Source of the DNA: Leptonemataceae bacterium
GTDB taxonomy: Bacteria > Spirochaetota > Leptospiria > Leptospirales > Leptonemataceae
Assembly (NCBI GenBank): GCA_965227295.1
Contig: OZ245742.1
Span: forward strand, 928,001-992,000
Length of the DNA: 64,000 nucleotides
Direction: 5' to 3'
Shown: piece after piece, positions 1-9,812 of the stretch
Position numbering within the stretch: position 1 is the stretch's first letter
Layout of the letters: every line of letters begins with the position of its first letter
The notes under the pieces: generated by a model
Told to the model about the DNA's origin: nothing
The model's database searches: none
What the model saw: the letters and a program-made list of their open reading frames with translations, nothing else
Position numbers and translations under genes: made by a program

Positions 1-92
1 AGGGTTCGTCCCGCCTGCGCATCAGCCTGCAGGCGGGACACTCCCGCGAAGACCTGGACGAAGTCATCGCCGCACTGAATCGAGAATCGTAA
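1..92 (+). CDS. C-terminal fragment of a class II PLP aminotransferase (8-amino-7-oxononanoate synthase-like), truncated by the window edge
   Basis: Frame 3 reads GSSRLRISLQAGHSREDLDEVIAALNRES*, matching the RLRIS..A.H...D C-terminal motif of BioF/Kbl-type enzymes. Its stop overlaps the next ATG (TAATG). Confidence 0.6.
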   Translation, partial: GSSRLRISLQAGHSREDLDEVIAALNRES

Positions 93-514
93 TGTTGTAC
101 TTAACGTTCAAAGCGCTGCACTTTGTCGCGCTCATCGCCTGGTTCGCGGGGATGTTTTACATCTGGCGTTTGTTCGTATATCACGCGGAAACGGATTCCG
201 AGCATGTGCGCAAAACCCTTGCGGTAATGGAACACAGGCTGTATCGCATCATCATGGTGCCCGCGTCGACGGCGACGTTGCTCTTCGGCCTGGCGACGCT
301 CTCCCAGGTGCCGGCGCTGATGCAGAGCGCCTGGATCTGGGTGAAGCTCGCTTTCGTGGCCGGCCTGTTCGCGTTGCAGTTTCTCGCGAATCACTATCGC
401 AAACGCCTGGGCGCCGGCGAACGTTTCGACTCGAAGCGTTTTCGAATCCTGAACGAGGTCCCGACGCTCATTCTAATTGCAGTGGTCTTGCTCGCGGTGT
501 TCAAACCGTTTTGA
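92..514 (+). CDS. hemJ: Protoporphyrinogen oxidase HemJ (CopD/UPF0093 family)
   Basis: KALHFVALIAWFAGMFYIWRLFVYH, MEHRLYRIIM.PA and RILNEVPT...KPF motifs; 4 TM segments. Confidence 0.9.
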   Translation: MLYLTFKALHFVALIAWFAGMFYIWRLFVYHAETDSEHVRKTLAVMEHRLYRIIMVPASTATLLFGLATLSQVPALMQSAWIWVKLAFVAGLFALQFLANHYRKRLGAGERFDSKRFRILNEVPTLILIAVVLLAVFKPF

Positions 515-531
515 TTAAAGGAGATTGGATC

Positions 532-1056
532 ATGTCCGAAGAAACACATCCGCACGTCGTTCACGTCGACGATCTGGAATGGGCCGACATCGGCAACGGG
601 GCGAAGTTCTCGGCCCAGGGCAAACGCCTGGGCGCTCCGGCGGGAGCGGAGAAACTCGGCTGCAGCCTGTACGCGGTGGAACCGGGGAAGTGCGCCTTTC
701 CATACCACGCCCACGCGCACAACGAAGAGGCCATCTACGTACTCGAAGGCGAAGGCACACTGCGCCTCGGCGGTACCGACGGTGAAAAAAAAGTCCCCGT
801 CCGCGCCGGTCACTACGTGGTGTTACCGGGCAATCTCCAGGTGCCGCATCAGTTGATCAACACGGGCACCAGCACGTTGAAGTACCTCTGCTTTTCCACG
901 ACGGTGTTGCCCGAGGTCCTGACGTATCCGGATTCACAAAAGGCCGGCATGATGGTCGACGGCGATCGCGCCCCGCAAAACTGGATGGTGTTTCGAGGCC
1001 GCGGCTTTAAGTTACTGAAAGATGCGGAGTCGCTACAGTACTTCGACGGCGAATGA
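532..1056 (+). CDS. Cupin domain protein
   Basis: PYHAHAHNEEAIYVLEGEG and PHQLIN cupin motifs; AAGGAG RBS before ATG 532. Confidence 0.85.
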   Translation: MSEETHPHVVHVDDLEWADIGNGAKFSAQGKRLGAPAGAEKLGCSLYAVEPGKCAFPYHAHAHNEEAIYVLEGEGTLRLGGTDGEKKVPVRAGHYVVLPGNLQVPHQLINTGTSTLKYLCFSTTVLPEVLTYPDSQKAGMMVDGDRAPQNWMVFRGRGFKLLKDAESLQYFDGE

Positions 1057-1086
1057 TCGCGGCGCCCGGCCGTGATCCGGCGGCGA

Positions 1087-2325
1087 TTACTCCGGGATCT
1101 CCACGAGTACCAGTGCCAGGTCGTCCGGCAACTCGGTGGTCCCGCTGTACTCGCTGCGATAGTCGAGCAGATCCTGGATGATGGCCTGGGGCGTCGACTC
1201 CGGGCGGCCGCGAATGAGGCCGGCGGCGTCTTGAAGATTTAGAGCGTTGCCCGCGGGATCGAAGGACTCTAACAGACAATCCGTGTACATTAAGACGCGG
1301 TCCCCGGGATTCAACTGGATGTTCTGGGCCTGGTAGGTAACACCGGAAAAGATGCCCACCATGGGTTGTGAGGTGTAGATCAGCCGCCCCTTTTCGCTGC
1401 CCCGGCGCACGACGAAGAGCGGCGGATGGCCGGCCGTGAGATACTGCATGCGATAGGAACGATCAATGCGAATCATGCAGAGCGTAATGTAATAATTCCC
1501 GCGGGTAATCTCCAGCAGCTCTTCGTTCAGTGCCGTGGTGATGGCGCCCAGGTCGTCGTTCAGCCCGCCGTTTTCCTGGAAGTCCAGCATGCGCTCGCGC
1601 CCGCGTTCTTCAAAGTGTTTCTTAAACAACGTTTTCGCGGCGATGGAGATGAGACTCGCGGCAACGCCGTGGCCCATGACGTCGCCGATGACGCCGTAAA
1701 AATCACGACCGGTCTCGTAGAATTCCCACATGTCCCCGCCGAGATTTTCCATGGCCTCGTAGAATCCGCCGCAGCGGACCAACTGAAAACGGGAGAAGTC
1801 TCGCGTGAACAACTGACTCTGTACTTTGCGCGCGATGCTCAGTTCGTTCTCCAGGGTTTGTTTTTGTTTTTCGAGCTGATCGTTCTGTTTCTCGATGGTG
1901 CCCAGGGCATCCTCGAGCTCGGTGGTGACCCGCACGAACTCGTCGTAGCCCGCGCGCATGGCCTCGGAATCCTCGCGGATGTCCGTGAGGTTCGTAAGGG
2001 AAATGAGATAGACCCCGGCATCGTTTTCCTGTTCCAGCAGATTGTGCTCCACACGCAGGAAAAGCGTTCGGCCGTCCCGGGCCCGGAATTCCACGTCCAT
2101 ATGCCGGCGCCGACCCTCGTGAATGAATCGAAAGAACTTGTAGGATTGGGCGGGGTCCGCAAAGAGCAGCTCTTCCCACTGCTCGCGATCGATTAACTCG
2201 GACTCAGTGTAACCTAAGAGCGCCCAGAAAGCCGCGTTGGCCCGACGAATCGTACTCCGATCCATGACGAACTGTGGAACCGGCGAACCGTTCCACAACT
2301 GCATGGGATCGGCGGCGATTTTCAT
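1087..2325 (-). CDS. PAS + coiled-coil + PP2C/SpoIIE-type phosphatase
   Basis: N-terminal PAS (ANAAFWALLGYTESELI); ELSIARKVQ, GGDMWEF, GDVMGHGVAAS, AGHPP, YTD and DDLALV motifs. Confidence 0.9.
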   Translation of the reverse strand: MKIAADPMQLWNGSPVPQFVMDRSTIRRANAAFWALLGYTESELIDREQWEELLFADPAQSYKFFRFIHEGRRRHMDVEFRARDGRTLFLRVEHNLLEQENDAGVYLISLTNLTDIREDSEAMRAGYDEFVRVTTELEDALGTIEKQNDQLEKQKQTLENELSIARKVQSQLFTRDFSRFQLVRCGGFYEAMENLGGDMWEFYETGRDFYGVIGDVMGHGVAASLISIAAKTLFKKHFEERGRERMLDFQENGGLNDDLGAITTALNEELLEITRGNYYITLCMIRIDRSYRMQYLTAGHPPLFVVRRGSEKGRLIYTSQPMVGIFSGVTYQAQNIQLNPGDRVLMYTDCLLESFDPAGNALNLQDAAGLIRGRPESTPQAIIQDLLDYRSEYSGTTELPDDLALVLVEIPE

Positions 2326-2702
2326 ACACCCCGAACGTTGGTGAATTTGGACTTCTTTGCAATGACGTCCAGGGCCCGAAAAGAGGCGGTCTGAACCTTA
2401 CGCGACGAGTCATAGCGAAACTCGCACTTGATCTCGCGATCGGCACATTCGCGCAAGAGATGGATGAGCGGCGGGATGCTCGCGGAGTTCATGTAGTCAA
2501 GGTTCGAGAAATCACAGACGAGAGACAGGGCGTCGCTCTCCAGGTCTTCCAGCAACAGATCAAAGTACTGGTCCAGGTACTCGGCAGGATCTGCGGCGTG
2601 GATGGAACCGCTCCAGACCAGGACGAGGCTGCGCTGCTTTTCCACGGCCTCTTCCCGAACTTCGATTTCGAGTTCCTCGACTTTGAGATTCTTGAGTTGC
2701 AT
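2322..2702 (-). CDS. STAS/SiaC-like phosphoacceptor protein
   Basis: LVCDFSNLDYMNSASIPPLI resembles the STAS/SiaC phospho-Ser/Thr loop; its stop overlaps the start of the phosphatase gene. Confidence 0.7.
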   Translation of the reverse strand: MQLKNLKVEELEIEVREEAVEKQRSLVLVWSGSIHAADPAEYLDQYFDLLLEDLESDALSLVCDFSNLDYMNSASIPPLIHLLRECADREIKCEFRYDSSRKVQTASFRALDVIAKKSKFTNVRGV

Positions 2703-2738
2703 GAACGCTCTATGTTTATGTCCGGCCCACGCAGTGTT

Positions 2739-3206
2739 TCATGGATCCAGGGGCCGTCGCGCAACGATCGTAACCGTATCGTCGTCGCCCGTTTCGCAAT
2801 CCAGCGAAAATTCACCCTCATACGCGACGCGAATCAAGCCCATGCGACTGAAACCGTCAGGGTTGTCTCGAATCTGCTCCAGTCGCTCTACGTATAGATC
2901 AAAAGGATTAGATGATTGAATGCGCTTCAGCGTACGGAACAGGGCCTCGCGGTTTTCGGCGTTGTGCGCGGTATTTTTGACGCGAATTTCACAGACCCCG
3001 TTCTCCGTTTCGAAGGAGAACTCCACGGGCTGCGGCTTCTCGCCGTCGGAGTATTTGAGACTATTCTCCACGAGCTCAATGGCCGCGAGCAACGCCGCCT
3101 CACGATAATCCCGCCCCCGGGCGGCCAGGACCTCATCCGCGTTGATGAGCTCTTTAATTTTCTGAATGATGTTCCACTCAGGATCTATTCTCAGCTTAAA
3201 CGCCAT
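2739..3206 (-). CDS. GHKL/HATPase anti-sigma-type Ser/Thr kinase (SiaB/RsbW-like)
   Basis: N-box ELVENSLKYS and G-box-like SRMGLIRVAYE; 155 aa. Confidence 0.75.
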   Translation of the reverse strand: MAFKLRIDPEWNIIQKIKELINADEVLAARGRDYREAALLAAIELVENSLKYSDGEKPQPVEFSFETENGVCEIRVKNTAHNAENREALFRTLKRIQSSNPFDLYVERLEQIRDNPDGFSRMGLIRVAYEGEFSLDCETGDDDTVTIVARRPLDP

Positions 3207-3265
3207 TTCTCTTTCTCCGACGATACTGATGCATTACACGACGACCGTTGCGTCCATCACAAACA

Positions 3266-4822
3266 TCATCTTACGCGCCGCACCAGGGCAAAACTCAAGT
3301 CGTCCTGTAGCACAGAGTCCCCGGCAAACTCTTCTACGGACTCCAAAATCGCGGCCTCGATGTCGTGCAACGGCCGACGTCCGTTCTGGATGAGTACGTG
3401 GCGCAACCGTTCGTCGCCGTAGAGTTCGTGGTTGCGGTTCATGATCTCCACGACGCCGTCCGTGTACAGAAACAGCAGGTCGTTGCGGTTCAGCTTGAAC
3501 TTACGGCGCTTGAGGTCGCCGGTAATATCTTCTTCGATGCCCAGCCACATGCCTTCCGTCGGCAGCGTTTCGATGTCCTGCTTCCGCCCGGCACGATAGA
3601 TCATGGTCTCTAAGTGCAGTCCGGAATATGTGAAGTTACCGGAGCGGTCCGCCCGGTAGAAGCAGCCGGTCATGTAGCGATGCTGCTTGAGCTTCGTGAT
3701 GTTATGATACAATATGCGATTCACCGCCGCGAAGGCCTCGTCCGGTTCCAGTTTCGGCATGAGATCCATGGCGGTGTGAATCGCGGTCTGGGCCATGAGC
3801 ATCGTCAACCCGGCGGAAAGGCCGTGGCCGGAAACATCGCCGATGAAGAACCAGTACATGGAACCGCGGGGACCCTTGACTTCGATGCAGTCGTAGTAAT
3901 CACCGCCGACTTCGTCCGCCGTGCGCATGTAGCCGAAGAACTCATACGGACCGTGCATGCCGTTGCCGGGCAGCAGCGAAAGCTGAATGCCCTGGGCGAT
4001 TTCGAATTCCCGCTTCATGGCCGCCTGGGTCGCGCGCTCCTGCTCCATGTCGCGCAAGTTCACCGACATGGTATTGAACGTGCGCGTTAGTTCTCCCACC
4101 TCGTCCGACGACTTCACGGCAACCTGAACGCCCAACTCGCCGCGAGAGATACTCGTGGCGGCCCGGGCCAGATCTTCAATGGGCTTTGAGATGCGCCGGG
4201 ACATAACGTACGAAACCACCACCGCAAGAACGATGATCACGGCCGAGGCGACGAGCACGATGGACTGCACCTCGTTCACCGGGCCGTAAACTTCATCGTA
4301 ATCGAACTCAAAGACACTGGCCCCGAGATAGATGCGCTCACCCTGATAATGAATAAAGATCGGCGCGGCGAAGCGCAGAACGGTCATGCCCCCGGGTGCC
4401 GTTATCTCCCGGATGTCGAGTTGCTTTTGTTTCGGATCGAGGTCACTCAGGCTTTGCAAGTACGCCTGGAGATCGGCCGCCGCATTCACACCGCTCCGAT
4501 CCTTTTGCGTATGCGCCACGATGCGGCCGTCACGATACACGACGTAGCTCTGCAACAGCCCGCGAATTTGACTATCTCCCAGGCTGCTCAGCGTGCGGCG
4601 CGTGTCGTCATAGATGTCGTTGAGCAACAGCTCGTCTTTCGAGATGCGCGAGATGTTCAGCGACAGATTCTCGCAGACGTCGTTGGTTTTTTCCAGCAGG
4701 ATGCGGCGATACTGAAAGATGGTGATCGACGACAGAATCGCCGTGCTCAAGACCGCAACAAGTGCGGTCAATATCATCAGTTTCTCTTTGATGCGCAGGA
4801 AACGATCGAAGTAATTCAGCAC
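3266..4822 (-). CDS. Membrane sensor with periplasmic domain, HAMP and SpoIIE phosphatase (SiaA/RsbU-like)
   Basis: Two TM helices; HAMP (SKPIEDL...DEVGELTRTFNTM); VGGDYYD, GDVSGHG, YTDGV and DDLS motifs. Confidence 0.9.
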   Translation of the reverse strand: MLNYFDRFLRIKEKLMILTALVAVLSTAILSSITIFQYRRILLEKTNDVCENLSLNISRISKDELLLNDIYDDTRRTLSSLGDSQIRGLLQSYVVYRDGRIVAHTQKDRSGVNAAADLQAYLQSLSDLDPKQKQLDIREITAPGGMTVLRFAAPIFIHYQGERIYLGASVFEFDYDEVYGPVNEVQSIVLVASAVIIVLAVVVSYVMSRRISKPIEDLARAATSISRGELGVQVAVKSSDEVGELTRTFNTMSVNLRDMEQERATQAAMKREFEIAQGIQLSLLPGNGMHGPYEFFGYMRTADEVGGDYYDCIEVKGPRGSMYWFFIGDVSGHGLSAGLTMLMAQTAIHTAMDLMPKLEPDEAFAAVNRILYHNITKLKQHRYMTGCFYRADRSGNFTYSGLHLETMIYRAGRKQDIETLPTEGMWLGIEEDITGDLKRRKFKLNRNDLLFLYTDGVVEIMNRNHELYGDERLRHVLIQNGRRPLHDIEAAILESVEEFAGDSVLQDDLSFALVRRVR

Positions 4823-4882
4823 CGTCCCCGGATCAAACGATGGCCCGCGTGAATTTCAACTATATTTCGGCGCGGCGCGAGA

Positions 4883-6451
4883 TCAGAACGTCTGTGTAAC
4901 CGAGGCCTGCACCTCGTAGAGATCGTCGCCGTACTCGACGTCCTGCCAGACCTTGTAGCCCGTGGCCGCATTGAACCAGCCGAGTTTCGCCTGGAAGTTC
5001 AGATCGCTGAAGACCGTGTAATCGAAACGCAGGTTCCATTCCTCACCGAGAAATTTGTCCGGATCGTTCTGCCGGAGATAGCGCGTGTAAGTGGAGTTCG
5101 CGTCGATGTTCGGCGTGCGATAGGCGTCCAGGCGATAATAATCGATGCGGCCGACCAGGCTGTCGAGGAGACGCATTTTTACGCGCGCGCCCACGGCCTG
5201 CACGCCCGTGAGTCGGCCCAGGCTGAACACGCTGTACCCGCCGGACGAATCCACGCCGAGTTCACTGAACTGGTAGGCCTGGCCCGCCGTGCGAAACTGA
5301 TCCGGCCGGTAATCGACGTCCGAGCCGTCGGGCTCGGTATCGCCGGGCAGGCGTCCGGAACCGCCGGCATACAGCACCGAAACTTCCACACGATCACTTA
5401 CAGGATACTTGAACGACGCCTCCCCGGCGCCGGCGTTCACACGATACTCTTCGCGGAGCGGCGGCTGGAGGGCCTCGGTAAAGTAAGATTGCAGCGGATC
5501 GTCGTCGTTCGCGGCGATGGCTGAGAGTTTCGGGTCCTCGCTCAACGGACGTTCGAAACGTCCCCAGTTGCCGACGCCGTGGAGCATTAACTCGCCCGCC
5601 CCGATCTTAATGGTAACGTAGAGACCACCCCAGTACATGCGCGAAGTCTCTTCGGAGCTGTCGGTAGGATCTTCCGTGGAGGGATCGTTGTCGTTGCGAT
5701 AGACGCCGTAGAGCTCCGTCTGAAAGTCCCGAAACGTCGACCACTTCCAGCGCAACACGCCCTGATTGATGTCGCTGTAGTTCTCGTCGGAAAACCCGTT
5801 CGAGTCGTCGTCGATGCGCGAGTTGTCGATGCTGCGGATGTAGATGGCTTCGAAGCCGGAGTCGATGGCCTCCACCTCGTGCTGCAAACGCACACCGGCA
5901 CCGCTGGTCGCCGTGACGACGCCGCTCGGAGTGGAAAACGGGAAGACCCCGACCTCGGCGCTCGTGGTGTCGGCTTTGTTGTGAAACTTTAAGATCAACT
6001 GGCGGGTTTCCAGGTTCGTGCGCCCGGAGCCGCGTCCGCCGGTACCCGGCCCCGAATTGTCGGTTTCGTCCCTTCCGAACGTAATGTCCCCGACCTCGAG
6101 GCCGTAGAGGATGTCCACGTAGGACGACGGCCGAAACGCCAGGTTGAGGCGAAAGCGAATGCTGTAAAAGTCCTGACTCTCCTTGTTGTCGGAACGATTG
6201 CAGGTCTCCGGTAACGTCTCGCACAGAAAGTACTCGTAGTAACCCTGCTCCGTGCGACGACCCTCGTCTTCGTCCACCGGCGGAGAGGGCAGCGGCAGGT
6301 CCCGCTGAATGTAGATGCCCCGACCGAAGACGCTGCCGTCGTAGTCGAAGCGTTCCAGGAGTTCGGTGTCCTGAGCCTGGAGAGAATGATACGGCACCGC
6401 GAGAAGGAACGCGGCGACGAGAAGAAGGCTTCCTGCAAATCGATACATCAT
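4883..6451 (-). CDS. Putative outer-membrane beta-barrel protein
   Basis: Signal peptide, alternating aromatic beta-strands, C-terminal Phe (SVTQTF). Confidence 0.65.
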   Translation of the reverse strand: MMYRFAGSLLLVAAFLLAVPYHSLQAQDTELLERFDYDGSVFGRGIYIQRDLPLPSPPVDEDEGRRTEQGYYEYFLCETLPETCNRSDNKESQDFYSIRFRLNLAFRPSSYVDILYGLEVGDITFGRDETDNSGPGTGGRGSGRTNLETRQLILKFHNKADTTSAEVGVFPFSTPSGVVTATSGAGVRLQHEVEAIDSGFEAIYIRSIDNSRIDDDSNGFSDENYSDINQGVLRWKWSTFRDFQTELYGVYRNDNDPSTEDPTDSSEETSRMYWGGLYVTIKIGAGELMLHGVGNWGRFERPLSEDPKLSAIAANDDDPLQSYFTEALQPPLREEYRVNAGAGEASFKYPVSDRVEVSVLYAGGSGRLPGDTEPDGSDVDYRPDQFRTAGQAYQFSELGVDSSGGYSVFSLGRLTGVQAVGARVKMRLLDSLVGRIDYYRLDAYRTPNIDANSTYTRYLRQNDPDKFLGEEWNLRFDYTVFSDLNFQAKLGWFNAATGYKVWQDVEYGDDLYEVQASVTQTF

Positions 6452-6488
6452 CGGCTTATGTTAACTATTCCTCAGCGAAGGTTACGCC

Positions 6489-7439
6489 TTATTTCACCCA
6501 GGCGTCGCTTTCCAGGTATTTACGCCGCAGCGCCTCCAGCCGGCCGGTCCGCTGCATCTCTTTAATGAAAAAGTTCATGTACTGTAGAAATTCGGCGTCG
6601 CCGTAGGCGATGACCGGGCACAGGTGTTCCTCCTGGTAAGAGCCGGTAATCGCCACCGCCCGGGTAAGATACTTACCTTCGCGCAGGGTGAGCGCCTGGA
6701 TGTAAACGCCGTCGGCAATGATCGCATCGATGCGACGATTGTCAAAGGCTTCCAGAAGCGCGAACCGATCGGGGAACGGTTCGATGTTGTGTTTTTCGAA
6801 TTGCGGGTCCGAGCGGAGAATGTCTTCGTTCGTGGTGTTCTCGATGACGCCCAGGGCCAGGCGGTCCAGGAAGCGCAAATCCCCCAGAGACTTAAACTTA
6901 CGCTGAGGAAAATCTACGGAGCCGGACTCCGAGGGCAGGCTTTCCCGGGACAACAGAGCGGCCGGCGTGGTGATCAGGTACGGATCGGCAAAACGTACGT
7001 GCCGCGCGCGTCGCAGCGTACTGGAAATGCCGCCGAAGGCCACGTCGATTTCGCCTTCCTGCAACATTTGAAAGAGCTCGTGGATGTTGCCGTACTTCCA
7101 CTCGACGTTGATATCCATCATGGCCTCGCCCAGGGCGTTGCCGAGTTCGACATCGATGCCTGGGTGACCGTCTTTGGGATCTTTGATCCGAAACGGATGA
7201 TAATCCTCGTGCGTTCCGACGCGCAACGTCCCGCGCTGAAATATGGAACGCAACTTCGGACTGGTGGTCGGGAAATGCGCCAGTCCTTCGGTCTCGGTAA
7301 TTGCTTCCGAAGTAGTCGAATCCAGACGCCCATCCTGCTGGGACTGGAGACTTGTGACGGCGAGCGGGGAAAAAGCGAATGCGGCAACGAGGCAGACGAG
7401 CGGTCCAAAGACCGACCGCGCGGAGAGAACACGAAGCAT
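6489..7439 (-). CDS. Amino-acid-type substrate-binding protein (SBP family 3)
   Basis: RGTLRVGT..YHPF, GIDVELG, GEIDVAFGGISSTLRRA...FADPY; signal peptide from Met 7439. Confidence 0.85.
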   Translation of the reverse strand: MLRVLSARSVFGPLVCLVAAFAFSPLAVTSLQSQQDGRLDSTTSEAITETEGLAHFPTTSPKLRSIFQRGTLRVGTHEDYHPFRIKDPKDGHPGIDVELGNALGEAMMDINVEWKYGNIHELFQMLQEGEIDVAFGGISSTLRRARHVRFADPYLITTPAALLSRESLPSESGSVDFPQRKFKSLGDLRFLDRLALGVIENTTNEDILRSDPQFEKHNIEPFPDRFALLEAFDNRRIDAIIADGVYIQALTLREGKYLTRAVAITGSYQEEHLCPVIAYGDAEFLQYMNFFIKEMQRTGRLEALRRKYLESDAWVK

Positions 7440-7491
7440 GATCCACAAATAATCGATCAAACGTAGATTGCAAAGACCTTTTTGCAAAACA

Positions 7492-8181
7492 TCACGCGAC
7501 GATTGTTTGGTTATTGTAAGCGCACGTTCCTTTGACGGGACACTCGCCGCACCGCGGCTCGCGTTTGCGGCACACCTGCGCACCGAGACGCACAATCTGC
7601 GCATGATATTCACCGAGATGCCGCGTAAGTTCGGCACCGCTGTACCGTCGGCGAAACTCACGTTCGACAGCGACACGCAGCAACTCGTACTTACCGAGGT
7701 CCGCACGGCGCCGCGGATCATAACGCTCCAGCCAGCGGAACGTATACGCATCCACCACGAAGAACGGAAGATCGAAAGCGTAACACAGAAACGAGTCCGC
7801 CGTTTCCGGGCCGACGCCGCGGATTTCCAGCAACTCCGCACGCAGAGCATCGGCATTGCCGGAGAAAGCCCGGCGAACCCGCGCGGCAGAGTAACCGTAG
7901 CGAGCATACCAGGCGAGCACCGCCTTAAGTTTGCGCGCCTTATCGTTAAAGTAACCGGAGCTGCGAATCAACGGGGCAATCTCCTCGGCTGAGAGCGCGT
8001 CCAGGTTTCGGGGCGTGAGCAGTTTGCGGCTGCGCAGTTCGGCGAGCGCCTTCGACGCGTTCGTCCAGGCCGTGTTCTGCACGAGGATCGCCCCGGCCAT
8101 AACCTCGAACTTCGTCTTCGCCGGCCACCAGTTCCGCGCCCCGAAATCTTTCAGGAGTTTGTGATACGTGCGCAGGAACAT
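7492..8181 (-). CDS. Endonuclease III-like HhH-GPD DNA glycosylase with [4Fe-4S] motif
   Basis: GAILVQNTAW, GVGPETAD (HhH), VVDAY, C-terminal CRKREPRCGECPVKGTC. Confidence 0.9.
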   Translation of the reverse strand: MFLRTYHKLLKDFGARNWWPAKTKFEVMAGAILVQNTAWTNASKALAELRSRKLLTPRNLDALSAEEIAPLIRSSGYFNDKARKLKAVLAWYARYGYSAARVRRAFSGNADALRAELLEIRGVGPETADSFLCYAFDLPFFVVDAYTFRWLERYDPRRRADLGKYELLRVAVEREFRRRYSGAELTRHLGEYHAQIVRLGAQVCRKREPRCGECPVKGTCAYNNQTIVA

Positions 8182-8191
8182 CTATTAACAT

Positions 8192-9016
8192 CTACGAAAA
8201 GTACCTTACGGGATTCGTGGAGAGCGACGTCAGTTGCACCGGGAGGTGCGGGAACTCTTTGCGCAGATAATCCCGGAGGATTTCACTCGTGAACTGCTCG
8301 GATTCGAAGTGACCGATGTCGCAGTACAGCAGACGCCCCAGGGCATCGAAGAATTTATGATACGTTACATCCGCCGTAACAAAGGCGTCGGCGTTCCGGC
8401 GCAGGGCCGCATCCAACAAAAACGAACCGGCGCCGCCGCACACCGCCACCGTTTCCATGCGCGCGTTCGGATTTTCCCGCGGCGCGTAGCGGATGCCCCG
8501 GCAATCGAAGGCGTCCCGCAGTAATTCCAGCAGCGCCGTATCTCCGGCGAGGGGCTCCGGCAACCGACCGATCATGCCAGAACCGGCCTCGCAAAAAGTG
8601 CCGGCCGGCGGTGTCTCGCCGGGCTTCGGTTCAAGGAAGTCCGCGTCCACCAGACCCAGGCGATCGACGATGGTACGATTGACACCGCTGCGAATGTTGT
8701 CCAGATTCGTGTGGCAGGCGTAGAGCGAAAGGCCGTTGCGTACTGCGAAGAGAATCTGCCGGCTCACGAAATCATCACCACGCAGGTGCCGCCGCGAGCG
8801 AAACCAGATCGGATGATGACTGATGACCAGATTCGCGCCGACCTCGACGGCTTCGGCCAGTACGGCCGGCGTAATGTCCAGAGCGATGAGCACGGCCTGC
8901 ACCGGCGTTTCGGCTTCGCCGACGAGCAGACCAACGTTATCGTAGTCTTCGGCCAGGTGCTTCGGAGCGAGGCGCTCAAGACAGCGGGCCACTTCGGCGT
9001 TCGTGAGTGTTGGCAT
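8192..9016 (-). CDS. Nif3-like dinuclear metal-centre protein (DUF34/YbgI)
   Basis: DYDNVGLLVG, ISHHP, HTNLD, VCGGAG, DIGHFESE. Confidence 0.92.
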   Translation of the reverse strand: MPTLTNAEVARCLERLAPKHLAEDYDNVGLLVGEAETPVQAVLIALDITPAVLAEAVEVGANLVISHHPIWFRSRRHLRGDDFVSRQILFAVRNGLSLYACHTNLDNIRSGVNRTIVDRLGLVDADFLEPKPGETPPAGTFCEAGSGMIGRLPEPLAGDTALLELLRDAFDCRGIRYAPRENPNARMETVAVCGGAGSFLLDAALRRNADAFVTADVTYHKFFDALGRLLYCDIGHFESEQFTSEILRDYLRKEFPHLPVQLTSLSTNPVRYFS

Positions 9017-9109
9017 GGCGTTTGATACGGGGATCCCCGGAACGCAGTGTCAACGAATTGTGCCGTGAAAAATGCAGCATCTGCAACCAGGGCGCCGATA
9101 ATAAACCAC

Positions 9110-9304
9110 ATGGACCCTCGCTACAAGATCTGGGGCCGTGTGGTTCGCATGAGCCATCATCTCGCCGGCATCTGCGATGTCGTGGCCCGGGACCTGGTGT
9201 ACAATCGCGAACGGCGCGAAGCCTGGTTCGCCCGGACCATCGCGTGGAAGCGGGCCCGAATGCTGGAACGCGACACCGACACACAAGACCGCGCTGCTTC
9301 CTGA
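9110..9304 (+). CDS. Small hypothetical protein (64 aa)
   Basis: ORF fills an intergenic gap; no recognisable motif. Confidence 0.4.
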   Translation: MDPRYKIWGRVVRMSHHLAGICDVVARDLVYNRERREAWFARTIAWKRARMLERDTDTQDRAAS

Positions 9305-9444
9305 TCTCCGCATCTCCAGGCTGAAGTATTTACACTATTACACCGTTCTACATATTCAGAACGTGTATTCTCCGCTCCGCGAAATATGCTCGTAAAAAAG
9401 TGATTGCGGGACTATTTCACCGGTTTAACTGAGCACATACCATT

Positions 9445-9783
9445 ATGGAAGTCTCCTGGGAATCCGTAGACGGTGCATGGGTTGTCCGATTGGGCGGGCG
9501 GCTTGATGTTTCCAAATCCGAAGAGCTGGAACGCATCCTCGGAGACATGCTCAACCAGGAACCGCGCCCGCTCATCGTGAACCTGGAAGATGTGTCGTAT
9601 CTCTCGTCGTCGGGAATCGGCGTGCTTCTCGGTATTTACCGCCAGTTGAAAGAACTGGACATGAAGCTCGTGCTCTGCCAGGTCTCACCGGCCGTCGAGA
9701 AGCTGCTCGAAGTCGTCGAGCTCAGCCAGGTTTTCCCCATTTTCGAGCGCGAATCCGAAGCCGTCGCCGCCGTGAAGCCGTAG
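9445..9783 (+). CDS. STAS-domain anti-sigma factor antagonist (RsbV/SpoIIAA-like)
   Basis: VVRLGGRLD, LIVNLEDVSYLSSSGIGVL. Confidence 0.92.
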   Translation: MEVSWESVDGAWVVRLGGRLDVSKSEELERILGDMLNQEPRPLIVNLEDVSYLSSSGIGVLLGIYRQLKELDMKLVLCQVSPAVEKLLEVVELSQVFPIFERESEAVAAVKP

Positions 9784-9812
9784 CGCTCGCGCCCATTCCG
9801 CAGGTTTTTCCT

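Noticed and set aside
7440-7907. 156-aa N-terminal extension of the SBP ORF
   Set aside because: It overlaps the EndoIII-like gene on the same strand in another frame. A proper signal peptide starts at Met 7439.
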